From positions 4,433,464 to 4,497,463 of the forward strand of contig NC_057719.1 in the NCBI RefSeq assembly GCF_004010195.1: 64,000 nucleotides of DNA. The letters run 5' to 3'. The notes under the pieces were generated by a model, which worked only from the letters and a program-made list of their open reading frames with translations, did no database searches and had not been told where the DNA came from. This stretch comes from Chiloscyllium plagiosum. Lineage: Eukaryota. Shown here piece by piece: positions 61,940 to 64,000 of the stretch; the first letter of the stretch is position 1; each line of letters opens with the position of its first letter. The position numbers and the translations under genes are program-made.

Positions 61940-64000
61940 TACCTGCGATTATAATGCGATTGGGCAAGGCTTAGGAGGCATAGAATGGAGTCGCAAAATG
62001 CAGGGGATGGGGACAATTAAAATGTGGAAATGTGGAGCTGGTTTGAGGAACGGATATGGTGGTATTTGATAGGTATGTCCCTGTCAGGCAGGGAGGAAGT
62101 GCCAAGGTAAGGGAACCATGGTAAAGAAATTGTATCGCTTGTTAAGCAAAGGCTTATATGACGTGAGACTGGATGGTTCAGATGAGGCGATGGAGAGTTG
62201 CAGATGAGCTAGAAAGGATTTAAAACAAGAGTGAAGAGGAGCAAGGAGAGGACCTGAGCAGTCTTTAGTAGGTAGAACAAAGGAAAACCCTAAAGCTTTC
62301 TATAGCTTTGTGAGGAATAAAAAGATAACTAGGATAGGAATAGGGCCAGTCAAAGACAGAAGTGGGAAGGTATGTGTGGACCCTGTGGAGATCAGACAGG
62401 CACTAAAAGATGATTTCTCATCGGTTTTCACTCTGGAAAAGGAGAATGTTGTAGAGGAGAAGACGGAGATACGGGCAATTAAACAGGAAAGGGTTGACGT
62501 TAGTAAGGAGGAGGTGTTATCAATTCTAGAAGGTGTGAAAGTAGATAAGTCCCCTGGTCTGGATGGGATTTATCAGAGGATTCTCTGGGAAGCTAGTGAG
62601 GAGATGGTGGAGCCTTCGGCCTTGATCTTTGAGTCGTTATTGTCTACAGGTTTAGTACCAGAGGATTGCAAATGTTGTGCCCTTGTTCAAGAAGGGCAGC
62701 AGAGATGAACCAGGTAATTATAGACCAGTGAGCCTTACTTCTGTTGTAGGAAAAGGTTTGGAAAGGATTCAAACAAATAGGATCTATAATCATCCAGGAA
62801 GCAACAATTTGATTGGAGATCGTCAACATGGTTTTGTCAAGGGTAGGTCGTGTCTCACAAACCTCATTGGACTTTTTTGAGAAGGTGACCAAGCATGTGG
62901 GTGAGGGTCAGGCAGTTGATGTGCTGTACATGGACTTCAGTAAAGCCTTTGTTAAAATTCCACATGGTAGGCTTTTGGAGAAAATGCAGAGGCATGGAAT
63001 GGAGGGTGATTTAGCAGTTTGGATTAGAAACCGGCTTTCTGTAAGAAGGCAGCGAGTGGTGGCTGATGGAAAATATTCAGCCTGGAGTCCGGTTACTAGT
63101 GGTGTACCATAAGGATCGGTTTTGGGACCACTGCTGTTTGTCATTTTTATAAATGACTTGGACGCAGACATAGGTGGACAGTTTAGTAAGTTTCGAGGTA
63201 AAAACAATGACTGCAGATGCTGGAAACCAGATTCTGGATCAGTGGTGCTGGTGGAAGAGCACAGCAATTCAGGCAGCATCCGAGGACAGGCAAAATCGAC
63301 GTTTCGGGCAAAAGCCCTTCATCAGGAATAAAGCTTTATTCCTGATGAAGGGCTTTTGCCCGAAATGTCGATTTTGCCTGTCCTCGGATGCTGCCTGAAT
63401 TGCTGTGCTCTTCCAGCACCACTGATCCAGAGTTTAGTAAGTTTGCAGATGACACTAAAGTCGGTGGAGTGGTGGACAGTATGGAAGGATGTTGCAGGTC
63501 TAAGGGGGACTAGGATAAACTGCAGAATTGGGCTGAGAGGTGGCAAATGGAGTTCAAATGTAGATAAACGGGAAGTGGTTCACTTTGGGAAGAATAACAG
63601 GAAGGCAGAATACTGGGTCAATAGAAAGATTCTTGATAGTGTGGATGTGCAGAGGGATCTTGGTGTCCATGTACATAGATCCCTGAAAGTTGCCACCCAG
63701 GTGCTGTTAAGACGTCAAACAGTGTATTAGGTTTTATTGGTGGAGGGATTGAGTTCTGGAGCCATGACGTCATGCTGCAACTGTACAAAACACTAGTGCA
63801 GCCTCACGTGAAATATTGTGTACAGGAAGGATGTGGAAAAATGTGCAGAGGAGATTTACCAGGATGTTGCTTAGTCTGGAGCAAAGATCTTATGAGGAAA
63901 AGCTGAGGGACTTAGCTTTCTTCTCTCTAATGAGAATAGACCCAAGAGGGGATTTAATAGAGACATACAAGATGATCAGAGGATTAGATAGGGTGGACAG
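61940..64000 (+). mobile_element. CR1/HER1-like LINE in the angel intron (antisense), interrupted by a PLE mini-element
   Basis: KVDKSPGLDGIYQR, PGNYRPVSLTSVVGK, YMDFSKAF, SKFADD. Confidence 0.92.
63194..63430. mobile_element. Fold-back PLE mini-element with back-to-back hammerhead motifs
   Basis: Spacer-less palindrome centred at 63333/63334, 40-nt tail and 14-bp TSD agtttagtaagttt (63180-63193, 63431-63444). Confidence 0.9.

Overview
Repeat-rich vertebrate genomic DNA, almost certainly from a shark. HE1/V-SINE-like SINEs, HER1/CR1-like LINEs, DeuSINEs and Penelope-like elements point to an elasmobranch; a carpet shark is my guess, not something the sequence proves. Two host genes are partly present and face each other. 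The first is a goosecoid-family homeobox gene on +, with exon 2 at 4684-4943 and last exon 17835-18002, a 12.9-kb intron between them, and exon 1 not found in the window. The second is an Angel-family (ANGEL1-like) gene on -, with its last two coding exons at 61687-61850 and 61101-61258 and a probable ~3.2-kb 3' UTR. Most of the rest is nested mobile DNA: CR1, Rex1/Babar, Tx1, a fragmented Gypsy element, solo LTRs, Tigger-type MITEs and SINEs. There are three N gaps. Two signals stand out. (a) The goosecoid copy has a GSC1-type homeodomain but divergent flanks, giant introns and an unexpected neighbour, so it may be an additional paralogue. (b) Several families of Penelope-like elements carry minimal hammerhead-ribozyme motifs with visible covariation. 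Many occur as ~130-430-bp fold-back mini-elements with a 34-40-nt unpaired tail and 13-16-bp target-site duplications. Repeat boundaries were read by eye and are approximate.
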